From Octopus vulgaris (taxonomy: Eukaryota), in NCBI GenBank assembly GCA_951406725.2, contig OX597826.1:77872001-77936000 (forward strand): a stretch of DNA of 64,000 bases. The letters are read 5' to 3'. The notes beneath the pieces were generated by a model, which saw only the letters and a program-made list of their open reading frames with translations, was not told the origin of the DNA and did not search any database. Below, piece by piece: positions 41,191 through 53,930 of the stretch. A program made the position numbers and the translations under genes. Position 1 is the stretch's first letter; each line of letters starts with the position of its first letter.

Positions 41191-41750
41191 GTCTCTTTCC
41201 CTCTCTTCTTTCTCTCTTCCAAGCTCTCTCATTCTCCCAACCATTCTCTCTCTCTCTTCTTTCTCTTCTTTCTCTCAACTACTTTTATTCTATCTCCACT
41301 TTTTTATCTCTCTCTCTCTCTCCCAAGCTTTTCCCCTTCTTTCCACTCTCTCTCTCTCCCTCTCTTCTTTCTCTCTCTCTCCCTCTCTTCTTTCTCTCAA
41401 CTACCTTTATTCTATCTCCACTTTTTTATCTCTCTCTCTCTCTCTCTCTCTCCTTCTAATACATCTACTATCTTTCTGTTTCAGCCATCTCCCCTCTCCT
41501 TCTCCTTCATATCAGTTGCATCCTTAACAAGCACTCACTCCCCTCCCATCCCTCTCACTCCAACCGTTCTTTGCGCTTTGTTCCCCTTCATCTTCTTTTC
41601 TCCTTTCTCTTACTCTCCAGCCATCGTCAGTCTCTCTTTCATTTGTATGATTCAGTGCCGTGCAAAGCGTCACATTAGGCGTCACTCAGCCGATGTATGT
41701 ATAAATACATCGCACACATACCCATGTAAGCAAGCATTTAAACAACCATA

Positions 41751-41786
<36 letters not shown>

Positions 41787-42359
41787 AATATATATATATA
41801 TATATATCTATGGATGGATGGATGTTTGGCTGGATGGATATTATAGACATATATTTATATAATAGTATATAATAAAATGGAAATAAACGCAAACAATAAG
41901 TAACGAAAAAGCACAAGAAAAAATGTTGACATACCCTTCGTCAGTCCCGTTAAATCGAGTACATTACGATTTCTGCATCGAAGTGCGTGATTTTCTTTCT
42001 CTGCCCCACCTCTCTCTCTGTAATGGGCATTCAACTCCACTTAACATTGCAAATATTGAAGTGTCTGGATATTATGCAGTGTATTTTGCACCCTTAACAC
42101 CAAGAGGTATGATAGACTAAAGTGTTCCAACAATATAATGGGATTTATTTATTCCGATTGTGTAATGTATTGCTGTCAAAACCATCAAATTACAATTTAT
42201 TAATATAATTAAATACCACGGACTCGAAGATATAGCGTTTGCTTTTGAACATATCATGTCGTATAAAAAAGAACATCTATGACACTGTTTGATTTGTAGC
42301 TCCCCTGACTTAGAAGGCATGGAAGTCATCACAAAGTTACACACAAATGCATGGACATA

Positions 42360-43210
42360 CACAGGAATTTCAAGGTGGCTTCGTTTAATAAGAGATCGCA
42401 AGTGGAAATCTCACGCAGGCGAAGACTAACCTTGCCCTCGTCGTCCTCCTCAGGCGAAATGTATAGGTAAAGGGGCGAAGCTTTTGTGACCATGAGGCAC
42501 TTGCTGATAATGCTGAAGGGCGCCCTACATTGTGATGGACTTTGAAAGGTTTGTAAAACCTCCGGGATGTTCGTATGGTTTCTGTGTACAACAAAACATC
42601 GGAGATGCTTCTTTTTCCGATCTTTCATTCACCTGGAGTAGAATTCGTAGAATTCATGAGTCTTGGCTTCTAAACCTCCCCGTTTCAAACATCAACAACG
42701 TCGTTTGCTGTCAACTACAGAATTTTATTGGCAAGAACAGTTTTCCTTAGAAAGAAAAAACGGGAGTCAATTTCCATACCAATTAAAATCAAAGTTAAGA
42801 TGTATACAATTCACATTATCCTTTCACTTATGTACGGATTAGATTGTGCCACGTGATTAGCAAAAGAAAAAAAAGAAGAATTGTTGAAGATTTTGAAAAG
42901 TAAGTCACGAGATTAATGATCGGTAAATACTTAACTGACAGAATTAAAATAATAAATCTACGAAATATGACACGACTACTACTAGTTTTTAGCTTATTTA
43001 AAGCAAAAAAACTACTTTGCCATCTAACGGATTTCTTTGTAGTTTTCTAAGATTTGTTGGAGTGGTATGGCTCCTGGAAAGAGAAACCGAGGACTCCTCA
43101 ACGGTAGATGATGAGAATAGACCTTAAAATGGTCTCAAAATCAATCATCAGTAGATCTCAATGCAATGGCACTGACCGCCAGGTGGCTGACACATGTGGA
43201 AGAAATGTAT
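42360..43210 (+). mobile_element. Very decayed RTE-type LINE remnant
   Basis: NFKVASFN (APE start-like), LMYGLDC...DRIKIINLRNMT and GKRNRG (RTE C-terminal LxYGxE, DRIxN and GKRxRGRP motifs). Confidence 0.4.
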
Positions 43211-43327
43211 TCTTCACGTTTCGTATTCTTTTGCACGACAAACCAACGATTAAAAATATGTGTATATTAATGGATGTTCTATATGTATATATATTAATAT
43301 CGTCGGACGGTTTTGGTTGTATATATA

Positions 43328-44266
43328 AGAGGGGTTATCTAAAAGAAACCAGAAATGTTCGCTGTGGGACAAACCCGTTGTAGTTCGGGCTTTTGCCGCT
43401 AGAAGCAACTTGATGCGACCCTCAGGCATCAGTCTGCCAAGTGGCGTCTTCGCACGTGGTCACACTGCCAAGTGTTGTGTCTTTGTTTCGCAGTGCTTCT
43501 CCCCTGTTCGTCGATTTTTGCGATGGCTGAAAGAAGGAGAAGAGTGCTTCTGTGAAATTCTGTTCTCTGCGGGGAAAACGACGACCGAAACAGTTGTCAT
43601 GTTTCAAACAGTTTACAAGAACGCTGCTATGAGCAAAACACAAATTTATGAGTGGTTTTTACGCTTTAGGAATGGTCACTTGTCGCTTAACGACCATCCT
43701 CGTTCAGGGCGACCATCGACCACCCCGAACGAATGAAAACATTATAATTCATGAACTGATCTTGGAGGATTGTCACCGAACAATTCACGAACTTGTTGAT
43801 ATGACTGGTGTGTCTTGGAGCTCTTGCCAACGAATTTTGAGCGAGGAATTGCGAATGAAAAGAGTCACAGCAAAATTTGTTCCTCGCTTGCTTACGGATG
43901 AGCAAAAGCAGTCACGACTGGATGCGTGTCGCATTCAGTCGTGACGGAATGTATATTCTTTCAAATATATATTGAAAGAACAGTAGGAAGTTGGTCTGGA
44001 CCTTTTTTCGAAGGTCCTCACTGGTGACCAGAGCTGGTGCTACGGAATTTGCAGATGTGGAAGAGGTGAAGAATAAAATGACGGAGGCATTAAAAGGCAT
44101 CACTTTGCAAGAGTTCCAATGCTGTTTCGAATAGCGGAAAGCGTGCTTCGACCGATACATTGCTTCAAATGGAGAATGCTTTCAAGGCGATAAAAGTGTA
44201 AACATGTAAAACTAGGTGAATAATATAATAATTGCAAAATTCCGGTTTCTTTTGGGTACCCCTATG
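43328..44266 (+). mobile_element. Internally deleted mariner transposon
   Basis: TA-flanked TIRs (agaggggttatctaaaagaaaccagaaat / attccggtttcttttgggtacccctatg). Peptides GKTTTETVVMFQTVYKNAAMSKTQIYEWFLRF...RSGRPST, MKRVTAKFVPRLLT, VLTGDQSWCYG and FADVEEVK...NGECFQGD. Confidence 0.93.
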
Positions 44267-44289
44267 TATATTTATGAGTGTGTGTGTGT

Positions 44290-44475
44290 ATGAGTTTGTC
44301 CCCCACCAAAATTAACAACTGGTGTTTACATTCTTGTGACTTAGCAGTTCGGCAAAAGAAACAAATAGAATAAGCACCAGGTTTTAAAAAGAAATGGTTT
44401 TGATCGCTCGATTAAAAATTGCTCAAGGCGGTACCCCAGCATGGCCGCAGTCTAATGAGAGAAACAAGTAAAAAT
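44290..44475 (+). mobile_element. SINE family B, 3' half
   Basis: tttgtcccccacc...cttagcagttcggcaaaaga...aaggcggtaccccagcatggccgcagtc. Confidence 0.85.
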
Positions 44476-44541
44476 ATAGTTGATAATAGATTTTATATAA
44501 GAAGAGAGAGAGAGCGAGAATGAGGCAGAGTGAGTGAGGAA

Positions 44542-44576
<35 letters not shown>

Positions 44577-45443
44577 CCGTGTAAAACATGTGAAATTGCT
44601 TGTTTGGCCGCTGCAAGTCCCTTTTTCTGCAAACATAACGAGCAACATATTCCTGCAGCTACCGTCTATAAATAAGAAAGCGTTTAAAGTCGAATAATGT
44701 CTCGCAGACAGAATAAGGCTTCCGATAGGCGACAATTGAAGCCGAATTGAAAGAAAAAGAATGAAGATCGTTATGAATGCACTTATCACATTCTGTAAGA
44801 GGAAAACAGCTTAAGGGAATCCAACTATGTTGTACAAAAATACACAGCAATGTTTAAAATAGAATTTAGACCTATAAATGTTAAATATAACATAAACAAG
44901 GCAGTCAATACTGAAGCAAAAAAAAATAATAATAATCACAAAGTGCTCAATAAATAGTTAACAATAAATTAGAGCTTTGAAAGTAGCAACAATTAAAACG
45001 GTCTTGAATTTATTTTGTGTAATTCTATATACTGTTTGTTGAAATATGTACTGTTGTAGAGGATTTAGAGGTTGCTCCAGCATGGATGCGGTTCAGTGTC
45101 CGAAAGCAGTAAAAGAATGTATTATACATGACACATGCACACACGCACAAGCACACACATACACGATCCTATATCCACCCATCTTTTCATCCATTCATAC
45201 GTACATGCATACAATCGTACATATATATATATATAAATTTAATGGTTATTGCGCTTCAATTGAAACGGCTGTAAGTGAAGATCACCAATTTGCTGTTAAT
45301 AATAAACAATTATTAACCTCCTAATCTCCATTTTCTTTTCTTCTGAATGAATATAAACTATATATATATATATGTATAGATGTGTGTGTGTAAAATATAC
45401 ATTTTTCGCTTGTCTATTCACTCGTAGCCAATATATATATATT

Positions 45444-45522
<79 letters not shown>

Positions 45523-45539
45523 AGGGTAGAATGAACAAG

Positions 45540-46250
45540 AAGTACTCCACCCAATGAGAGATAACTATGAATTTAATACACTACCAAAAGAGCTACTAAT
45601 CGTTTCACGCGTTCCTCGTATCACTGGGAAGATCTTCGACCACTTCTTTGATCTTGGCCGGAATCTCGGCCTTGATGTTGCAAATAGAACGGTTAGTGTC
45701 TCGGGCATACCCCACACATAGTCAACCATGAGATTGCAATTGCGGGAGGACATTAGAAGACCAGATATCGGGGATGATGGAGTTGTAGAGATTCTCCAAC
45801 ATCCGCTTCTGTCTCATTTCGGAGATACGGCAAGGAACCGAAACCGGCCAGGGTTTCCATACAGTCTTCAACAGCTTCACATAGCCGTCTGAATTGAGTT
45901 AATATATACGGGTGAGCAAACGCAGCCAAAACGCCTGCTGTACCCCTTGCTCTTGGCCACGGCTTCGTACTCTCCTTCGTAGCTGCTTCTGTCACGTATT
46001 GCAGCTTGTACGGTACGCACAGATCACCGCGCAGCAGTCATAATGTCGGCATTTCGATACCCGGAACGAATCGTCATGACACAAGTAACGAGTTTTCAAT
46101 ATTCAGATAGATTCTACTCCGCTAAGTCAGCATACGTTTTCTCAACTAAAACTTTAAACTTTATGCTCTCCAACGCTGCTGACTATTCGACAATACGTCA
46201 AGTTGTTCCTGGAAAAAGGAGACATAAAAATCGTCAACTTTAGCCCGAAC
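45540..46250 (-). mobile_element. Decayed Tc1/mariner-superfamily transposon (maT/DD37D-like)
   Basis: Minus strand EYEAVAKSKGYSRRFGCVRSP (N-terminal), LENLYNSIIPDIWSSN..DYVWG (WPPNSPDxNPxDYxVWG motif) and KAEIPAKIKEVVEDLPSDT. TIRs not identified. Confidence 0.6.
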
Positions 46251-46261
46251 TCCTTGGGCAA

Positions 46262-46480
46262 ACATACATACATACGTACGTACATACATACATACATACA
46301 TACATACATACATACATACATACATACATACATACATACATACATACATACATACATACATACATGCATACATACATACATACATTCATACATACATACA
46401 TACATACATACATACATGCATACATTCATACATACGTACATACATACATACATACATACATACATACATACATACATACA
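46262..46480. repeat. (ACAT)n microsatellite
   Basis: Directly visible. Confidence 0.97.
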
Positions 46481-46893
46481 AAAATATCCTGTTGTTGTTG
46501 AAATTCCAATGAAGGATCTAGGTTAGAAACCGGCTCTTTCTCTATTAGCGTGAAATGAAATAAAACTCAACAATGACATACATACATACATACGTGGAAA
46601 TTAGATGTCTAGCGGATGTTAACATAAAGCTGAAGATCAGTGAAAAAGAGAACACCTATGCTGAACTATTGAGAAATCTGCAGTTACTCTATCCGGACTA
46701 CAAGTTCAGGGTTATACCTGTAATTATTGGGGTCCTGAGATATGTAACACACTACCTGAATACCAATCTTCTCAAAACCAGAAAGGAGAAAGCTAATCCG
46801 ATGACTACAGATCCAGTCCCTCACTGGTACTGGAGCATGTCTAGATATGCAACTATATGCATGAGAATATATACATAAAACATACTAATCTGC

Positions 46894-46942
<49 letters not shown>

Positions 46943-47073
46943 CATACAGTCATACATACATACAAAAATACCCTGTTGTTGATGTTGAAATTCTAATAAA
47001 GGGGCCTTGGATCTAGGTTAGAAACCGGTTCTTTCTCTATTGGCAAGAAATATTCAAATAAAACTGAAAAATT
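46481..47073 (+). mobile_element. Two tandem 3' ends of an R4/Dong-like restriction-endonuclease retrotransposon in (ACAT)n
   Basis: 46594-46790 encodes VEIRCLADVNIKLKISEKENTYAELLRNLQLLYPDYKFRVIPVIIGVLRYV (RLE C-terminal K..EK..KY..L...V.P..IG.LG pattern). The same ~100-bp 3' UTR occurs at 46481-46575 and 46964-47073, each followed by (ACAT)n. Confidence 0.75.
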
Positions 47074-47481
47074 ACATACATACATACACACATACTGTCG
47101 ACAAGCTTTCTGTCTTTTCAGTTGGTATGTATACGTTCATGTTAGTAAGTAAGTGTGTATATAGGATATGAATATATATGAAGCATGATCACCAAAAATT
47201 TACATATGAAATGACCAGTGTCTGAAGATTCAGCCAATATCCAATTGGTGCCCATTTAATAATTAGTCTAATATTAATCTTATTTGCATATATCATTCTT
47301 AGTTGCATTCACCTTAGTCTGTATAACTCGCCTTCTCATGTATGGCTCGCTTCTGTATCCATGTATCTATGTCTTTATCTACTCATAGGACTGTCTGATG
47401 TGTAGGATTACCGGTCGGTATATTTGGTAGTTCGTCTGTACATTCAACTGCCACACACACACACATACCACACATATACAC

Positions 47482-47514
<33 letters not shown>

Positions 47515-47714
47515 TGTATGTATATAAGGTGGCTAGACACAATTCAAAGATAAAAAGGAAATAATTCACCATCACTAAAATGTGACGAACGGAGCAGGTA
47601 GAATCAGCGCTGCTAGAAATAAGAGTCAAAGAATTCATTAGCCACAGAAGCTCATTATCTATTTACTGACAGGGGAGAGAACCTCTCCATATATATATAT
47701 ATATATATATATGT

Positions 47715-48200
47715 ATCACCGTGATCATCGTGACCGACCAGGCTATCAGATGTCGCTACACATCACTTCGCATTGTTTCAGCCTTCAATGACGCCACCTC
47801 GCTGGCTAAGCGAGCAGGGTTCTAAAAGCTTGAAGTACCTGCTCATTTTTCAGAGAAGTAATAACGACTTTTCTTCAGTGGACCAATGTAGAACATAATG
47901 CATCGGAGCATCCATAGAGTAATTATACGTTAAGAAGATCTCGATGGCATAAAGGTCAAAATTTCGGTTTGTCTGTTGTACACTTTTTGATTCGCATGAT
48001 TATCTTAGCAATATGACTTACAGACAAGAGCCTATATACTGAAAGCTGAACATCAGGAAAACCGCAAGTTTTGTTGTCGGCGCTAAAGCGCATGCTCTTT
48101 GATATAAAGGGGCGAAAGCTGTTCTATACGTTTCGGTTGCAAAGGTGCGACATAGAAAGACTTAACTGGTCACTAACAAACCACCACGAAGAAGCGATTT
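47715..48200 (-). mobile_element. Decayed RTE-type LINE fragment
   Basis: Minus strand FQYIGSC (FxYLGS motif) and LLYGC (LLYGxETW motif) in the expected order. Confidence 0.4.
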
Positions 48201-48502
48201 TAAGCAAACGTGGGCAGCTTTTCAGTTACAAATAAAACATCTCCGAACAAGGTTAGATTGAGACAAAGTATAAATAGATGGATTTAAATTCTGCAATATA
48301 TTTTGAATATTACTTCATACTTTTATAGATATATATATACATATACATACTATACATATTGCACGGAGACAAAAGGAGGGTTATAAAAAGCTGCCTACCC
48401 ACGTGTTGTAATGGCAAGAAGCTTTTAGCAACTCATATTTTAGTACAGTGTGCATTAAATGATATGTTTACGTACATATATATATATATGTACGTATATA
48501 TA

Positions 48503-48660
48503 GGCGCAGGAGTGGCTGTGTGGTAAGTAGCTTGCTAACCAACCTCATGGTTCCGGGTTCAGTCCCTCTGCGTGGCATCTTGGGCAAGTGTCTTCTGCTA
48601 TAGCCCCGGGCCGACCAATGCCTTGTGAGTGGATTTGGTAGAAACTGAAAGAAGCCTGTC

Positions 48661-48709
<49 letters not shown>

Positions 48710-48937
48710 TATATATATATATGTATGTGTGTGTGTGTCTGTGTTTGTTCCCCTAGCATTGCTTGACAACCAATGCTGGTGTGTTTACGTCCCCGTCACT
48801 TAGCGGTTCGGCAAGTAGAATAAGTACTGGGCTTACAAAGAATAAGTCCCGGGATCGATTTGCTCGACTAAAGGCGGTGCTCCAGCATGGCCGCAGTCAA
48901 ATGACTGAAACAAGTAAAAGAGTAAAAAGAGAAAGAG
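48503..48937 (+). mobile_element. SINE family B, full-length reference copy (tRNA head, CORE-like block)
   Basis: A-box tggctgtgtgg, B-box ggttcagtcc, cttgggcaagtgtctt block, internal (TA)n(TG)n, tail gtaaaagagtaaaaagag. Confidence 0.93.
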
Positions 48938-48971
<34 letters not shown>

Positions 48972-49263
48972 TATCTGTATATAAGAATAGATATTATGTA
49001 TTATGAATGTATATGTATGTGTCTTTCTCTGCTTTTGTGTTTGTGAATAGATTAAAAATATTTCTTATGAACATCTACAGATTTACAGGCAAATCTGCAT
49101 AATGCTTATTGATGTTCAAATTACGCGTATATATTTACACACACGCGCACACACACACGCACACACACACACGCGCACACATATACAAATAACAGCATTC
49201 TTACATAGATAAGTACAGACATATTTGTATATACACATACATATACGTACATATATAAATGTA

Positions 49264-49304
49264 TAAATAATAATAATAATAATAATAACAACAACAACAA
49301 CAAC

Positions 49305-49374
<70 letters not shown>

Positions 49375-49422
49375 TTAATGATGATGATGATGTTGATGAT
49401 GATGATGATGATAATAATAATG

Positions 49423-49471
<49 letters not shown>

Positions 49472-49533
49472 TAACAATAATAATAACAATAACAACAACA
49501 ATAACAACAACAACAACAACAATAATAATAATG

Positions 49534-49591
<58 letters not shown>

Positions 49592-49640
49592 TAACAATAA
49601 TAATAACAATAACAACAACAATAACAACAACAACAACAAC

Positions 49641-49702
<62 letters not shown>

Positions 49703-49751
49703 TAACAATAATAATAACAATAACAACAACAATAACAACAACAACAACAAC

Positions 49752-49810
<59 letters not shown>

Positions 49811-49856
49811 TAACAATAATAATAACAATAACAACAACAACAACAACAACAACAAC

Positions 49857-49918
<62 letters not shown>

Positions 49919-49975
49919 TAATAATAACAACAACAACAACAACAACAACAATAATAATAATAATAATAATAATAT
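49264..49975. repeat. (AAT)/(AAC)/(GAT) trinucleotide array with 108-120 bp higher-order duplication
   Basis: The 60-mers starting at 49441 and 49561 are identical; marker gataacaataataataacaataacaac recurs at about 49470, 49590, 49701 and 49809. Confidence 0.93.
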
Positions 49976-50286
49976 TAATCGTTACAACAACCAGAACAAC
50001 AAAAACGATAATAGGTATCTCACTAATTGCTCCTACCGCAATTAGTAAAAATATATTAACTGTTAACAGTTTTGACCAAAGCATTTTTACCAGCAATTAT
50101 CGACATTTTGTGTGAATAACTTAACGTTTTATTTTTGTTTTCTCAATATTTCGTTGTTTTCTTCTTTTTTTCTTTTTATTAACTTCACTATAAATATGCA
50201 TTAATGTATCTCTCTGTCGGTGTTTTGTTTTTGGTATGTTTTGTTTGGATTTTGTTCGCTTTTTTCTTTTTGTTACCTAGATGGGG

Positions 50287-50342
<56 letters not shown>

Positions 50343-50421
50343 GTTTTTATTTTATTGTTTCTTCCTGCAAAGTTGTGAAAGAATTATAGAGAAGAAAAAT
50401 TCCCGAAGAAACAAGTGCATG

Positions 50422-50477
<56 letters not shown>

Positions 50478-50496
50478 TACACACATATATATATAC

Positions 50497-50527
<31 letters not shown>

Positions 50528-50619
50528 CATATATATATTTATATGTATATATATGTATATTCGTATATATGTATATATATATATATATATATATTTATAT
50601 GTATATGTATGTATATTCG

Positions 50620-50670
<51 letters not shown>

Positions 50671-51079
50671 CTCTTTACTCCCTTACTCTTTTACTTGTTT
50701 CAGTCATTTGACTGCGGCCATGCTGGAGCACCGCCTTTAATCGAGCAACTCGACCCCGGGACTTATTCTTTTGTAAGCCCAGTACTCATTCTATCGGTCT
50801 CTTTTGCCGAACCACTAAGTAATGGGGACATAAACACACCAGCATCGGTTGTCAAGCAATCCTAGGGGGACAAACACACGCACAAACACACACGCGCATA
50901 TATATACATATACATATATACGACGGGCTTCTTTCAGTTTCCGTCTACCAAATCCACTCACAAGGGTTTGGTCGGCCCGAGGCTATAGTAGAAGACACTT
51001 GCCCAAGGTACCACGCAGTGAGACTGAACCCGGAACCATGTGGTTGGTAAACAAGCCACTTACCACACAGCCACTCCTG
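50671..51079 (-). mobile_element. SINE family B, full length
   Basis: Near-consensus reverse complement of 48503-48937. Confidence 0.93.
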
Positions 51080-51289
51080 TCAACGGCAGTGTTCCAGCAT
51101 GAGCGCATTTTAGAGCTGAAACAAGTTAAAGAGCATATTATTGTATGCGTATTTGTATTACTCGTCGATCGTGTGGTAGTCCACTCACTCATTGACCTTT
51201 AGGTGACCATTGACCTTACTGAGCTGCTCCGTTCTTTTCCAGATTTTTGTTCTTTAATTATCAAGATATCCAACAAACCATCCACTTCT

Positions 51290-51590
51290 TTACCAAGCAG
51301 GCTACGCGGAGTTATTAGTCTAATATGACCGACGGCCCTAACATACTACACCTCGTGCTGGGTTACATTTTACAAGAATCATAACAATGACCTGACACGT
51401 AATTGGGATTTAATTGGAAAACTGCAAGTCAGAAAGTGCAACTGTTCGGGCATGTTGCTACTTCAGATTCATCAAAAGCTGGATTTGCACATAGCGAATA
51501 TTTCGGAAGAAAGATAAATACAAGAAGATCAAAAGTAAGTGATTGATTTTGGGGAGGACAAGGGTGAGTTTTCCTGAATTCTCTGGAAGG
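51290..51590 (+). mobile_element. RTE-type LINE C-terminal remnant
   Basis: KVQLFGHVATSDS...GRKINTRRSK resembles the LxWFGHV...GxxxGxRxRGR motif. Confidence 0.4.
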
Positions 51591-51711
51591 TGGTTGTAAT
51601 GTGAAGAGTGCGCAGGACATAAAAAACACTCGAAAAGCTAAGAGAAGCCATTAGGAAGAAGAGGAGGACCAGGAACCTGAGAACTATACACAACCACCAT
51701 GTGTGTGTGGT

Positions 51712-51742
<31 letters not shown>

Positions 51743-52089
51743 GTGTTGTGCATGTTTGTATATTGCGTGTGGGGGTAGTTGTGTGTTGCATGTGTGTGCG
51801 CGGGTATGAGTGTTGTGTGTGTGTGTGTGTCGTGTGTTGCATGTGGGTAGCTGTATGTGCGTGTGTGTACGTGTACGTGTGCATGTGTGTAGGTGTGTGT
51901 GTGTGTGTGCGTGTGCACGTATGTGCGTGTGCATGTCTGTGCGTGTGCATGTGTGCGCGTGTGCATGTGTGTGTGTGTCGTGCGTTGCATGCGGGTAGCT
52001 GTATGTGCGTGTGTATGTGCGTGTGCATGTGTGTGCATGTGCGTGTGCATATGTGTGTGTGTGCATGTGCGTGTGCATGTGTGTGTGTA

Positions 52090-52120
<31 letters not shown>

Positions 52121-52479
52121 GTAGAGTATTTGTGAGCTTAGGTTGGTTGATTGGTTCGCTTTGAAATCTTGAGTCTTCGGGTCTCATTTTGATCAAATGC
52201 CCCTCATTTTGATCAAAGACCGGTAGACCAAAATCCAGCGGTCAGTCTATGACTTGTCATTAAAATTGGGTGGAGAGAAACTGAATGGAAGTCTGTTGGA
52301 TGAATTACACATTTAATTGGAATTCTCAGCTCAAAATATCATAACGCAATTGGTTATCATCTCAGTTGATAATGCAATCCAATCGGTCAATGATGCTAAG
52401 CACTTCCACTGATGTCTATGGGTATGGATGGGGGGAATTGGTGCTCTAGGCTTCTGCTGTTCTTCAGAAAACTTTGGCA

Positions 52480-53930
52480 ATGTGGTAAACTGCTGCAATA
52501 GTACAAAGATACACAGATAGTTATCATTTACTAGTGGAATGATGAACGACAAGACTTTCAAAATTATCAAGAAATTTCCCAAAATTATCAAGGAATTCCG
52601 CAGTGAATTCTCGAAAGCTTGTCAGGATTTCGTAAGTGTTGGAATTCTATCGGTGACAAAATTTTCTCCTTGCGAGAAATTCAAGAAAAGTCTATCAAAC
52701 TGCGAGTCCCCTTTTTCGGCTTATTTGTCGACTGTACGAAGGCTTTCTACATAGTAAGAAGAGAGGGTGGATGTGCCATGCTCATATGGGCCTCCGGACA
52801 AGTTTGTAGATATAATGAAGTAGTTCCAGGAGAGCTTGTCATCCATTCTTTCTGTTAAGAAACTCCAGAAACTCATGCAGTAAAACAGGGCTCTCTACTC
52901 GCTCAAACGTAATTTGCGTTATTTCTGAGTGTTGTGTTTGAAGAAATAGATCCCAAGCTTCCAAGTGAAGTCTATGGCTGCATAAAAAGATGGGGGTTTG
53001 TTGAATTTCTTTAAGCTAAGATTAACTACTATGTGCCGTGATTTGTGATTTCTGAAATTTCTCGTCGATTGTGCCATAGTGCTGGTGACTCGTGTCCCAA
53101 GAGTTATGTCTTGAATGAGAAATGATAGCATCTAGATTATAAATAAATGTAAAAAGGCTGTAGTGTTGTATGAACCTAAAGCCAGAGTTCTTGAACATGA
53201 CTCTCCGACTTTCATGATCCTTTGTGCGCCTGGCAGAATAGTGTGCAAATTGAAATGTCAGCGGAAGAGAATTTCTAATGATACAGATCTCATATGGGTT
53301 TACTTCGCTGCTCAGTCTGCAGTAGTTGCATTTCGGGACGTGCAAGGATGGATTGAGAAAACTTATATATAAAAAGATGTCATCAAAATGTATTAGCTAT
53401 CGAACAGTTTTACCATTCATGTTGAAATATTTTCCTAAAAACTACACACTGCATAGACAGCAAAAACATAGTGAGCTGACATTTGAAGCAACTGCGATCT
53501 ATGATGAACATTCCTTGTCCAGACGACATTTTCAATCTGGGGGCCTTGCAACACACTGATATACCTAGTGTTGAGCCTATCCTGCTGGAATCATAGTTGC
53601 ACCTGTTGAGACGAGGGATCTATATGAGATCATTAGTATCACCAAAAGCTGCCTATCTATAGCGAGATGAAATGTAGAATCACTCGAAAAAGATGCACGA
53701 AAATCAAAATCTAAATGACAGATGAACGATTGCCTGAATGGGCCAACATTGAAGCAGACGACAACAGCGTGTGGGAAGAAGTGAACAGACGATAGGGAGA
53801 AGGCAGAAGGAAAACAGGTAAGAGATAAAAACTAGAGCAAGAACAACTCCGGTTTATCAATGATATTCTGCAATATCTGCTGTCATGGCTGTTGTTACCA
53901 CCTTTAAATGAGAGTCCTTCGAAACAATGA
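52480..53930 (+). mobile_element. Decayed RTE (BovB-like) LINE, RT domain to C-terminus
   Basis: SGFRKCWNSIGDKIFSLREIQEKSIKLRVPFFGLFVDCTKAF (GFR...DxIFSLRQLQEK...FIDLTKAFD motif), AVKQGSLLAQT (GVKQGCVLAPT), and further degenerate downstream motifs; many stops. Confidence 0.8.

Noticed and set aside
51243-51540. Apparent exon (ttcttttccag acceptor, aaaa|gtaagt donor)
   Set aside because: The open frame reads LFGHV..., better explained as an RTE C-terminal remnant.
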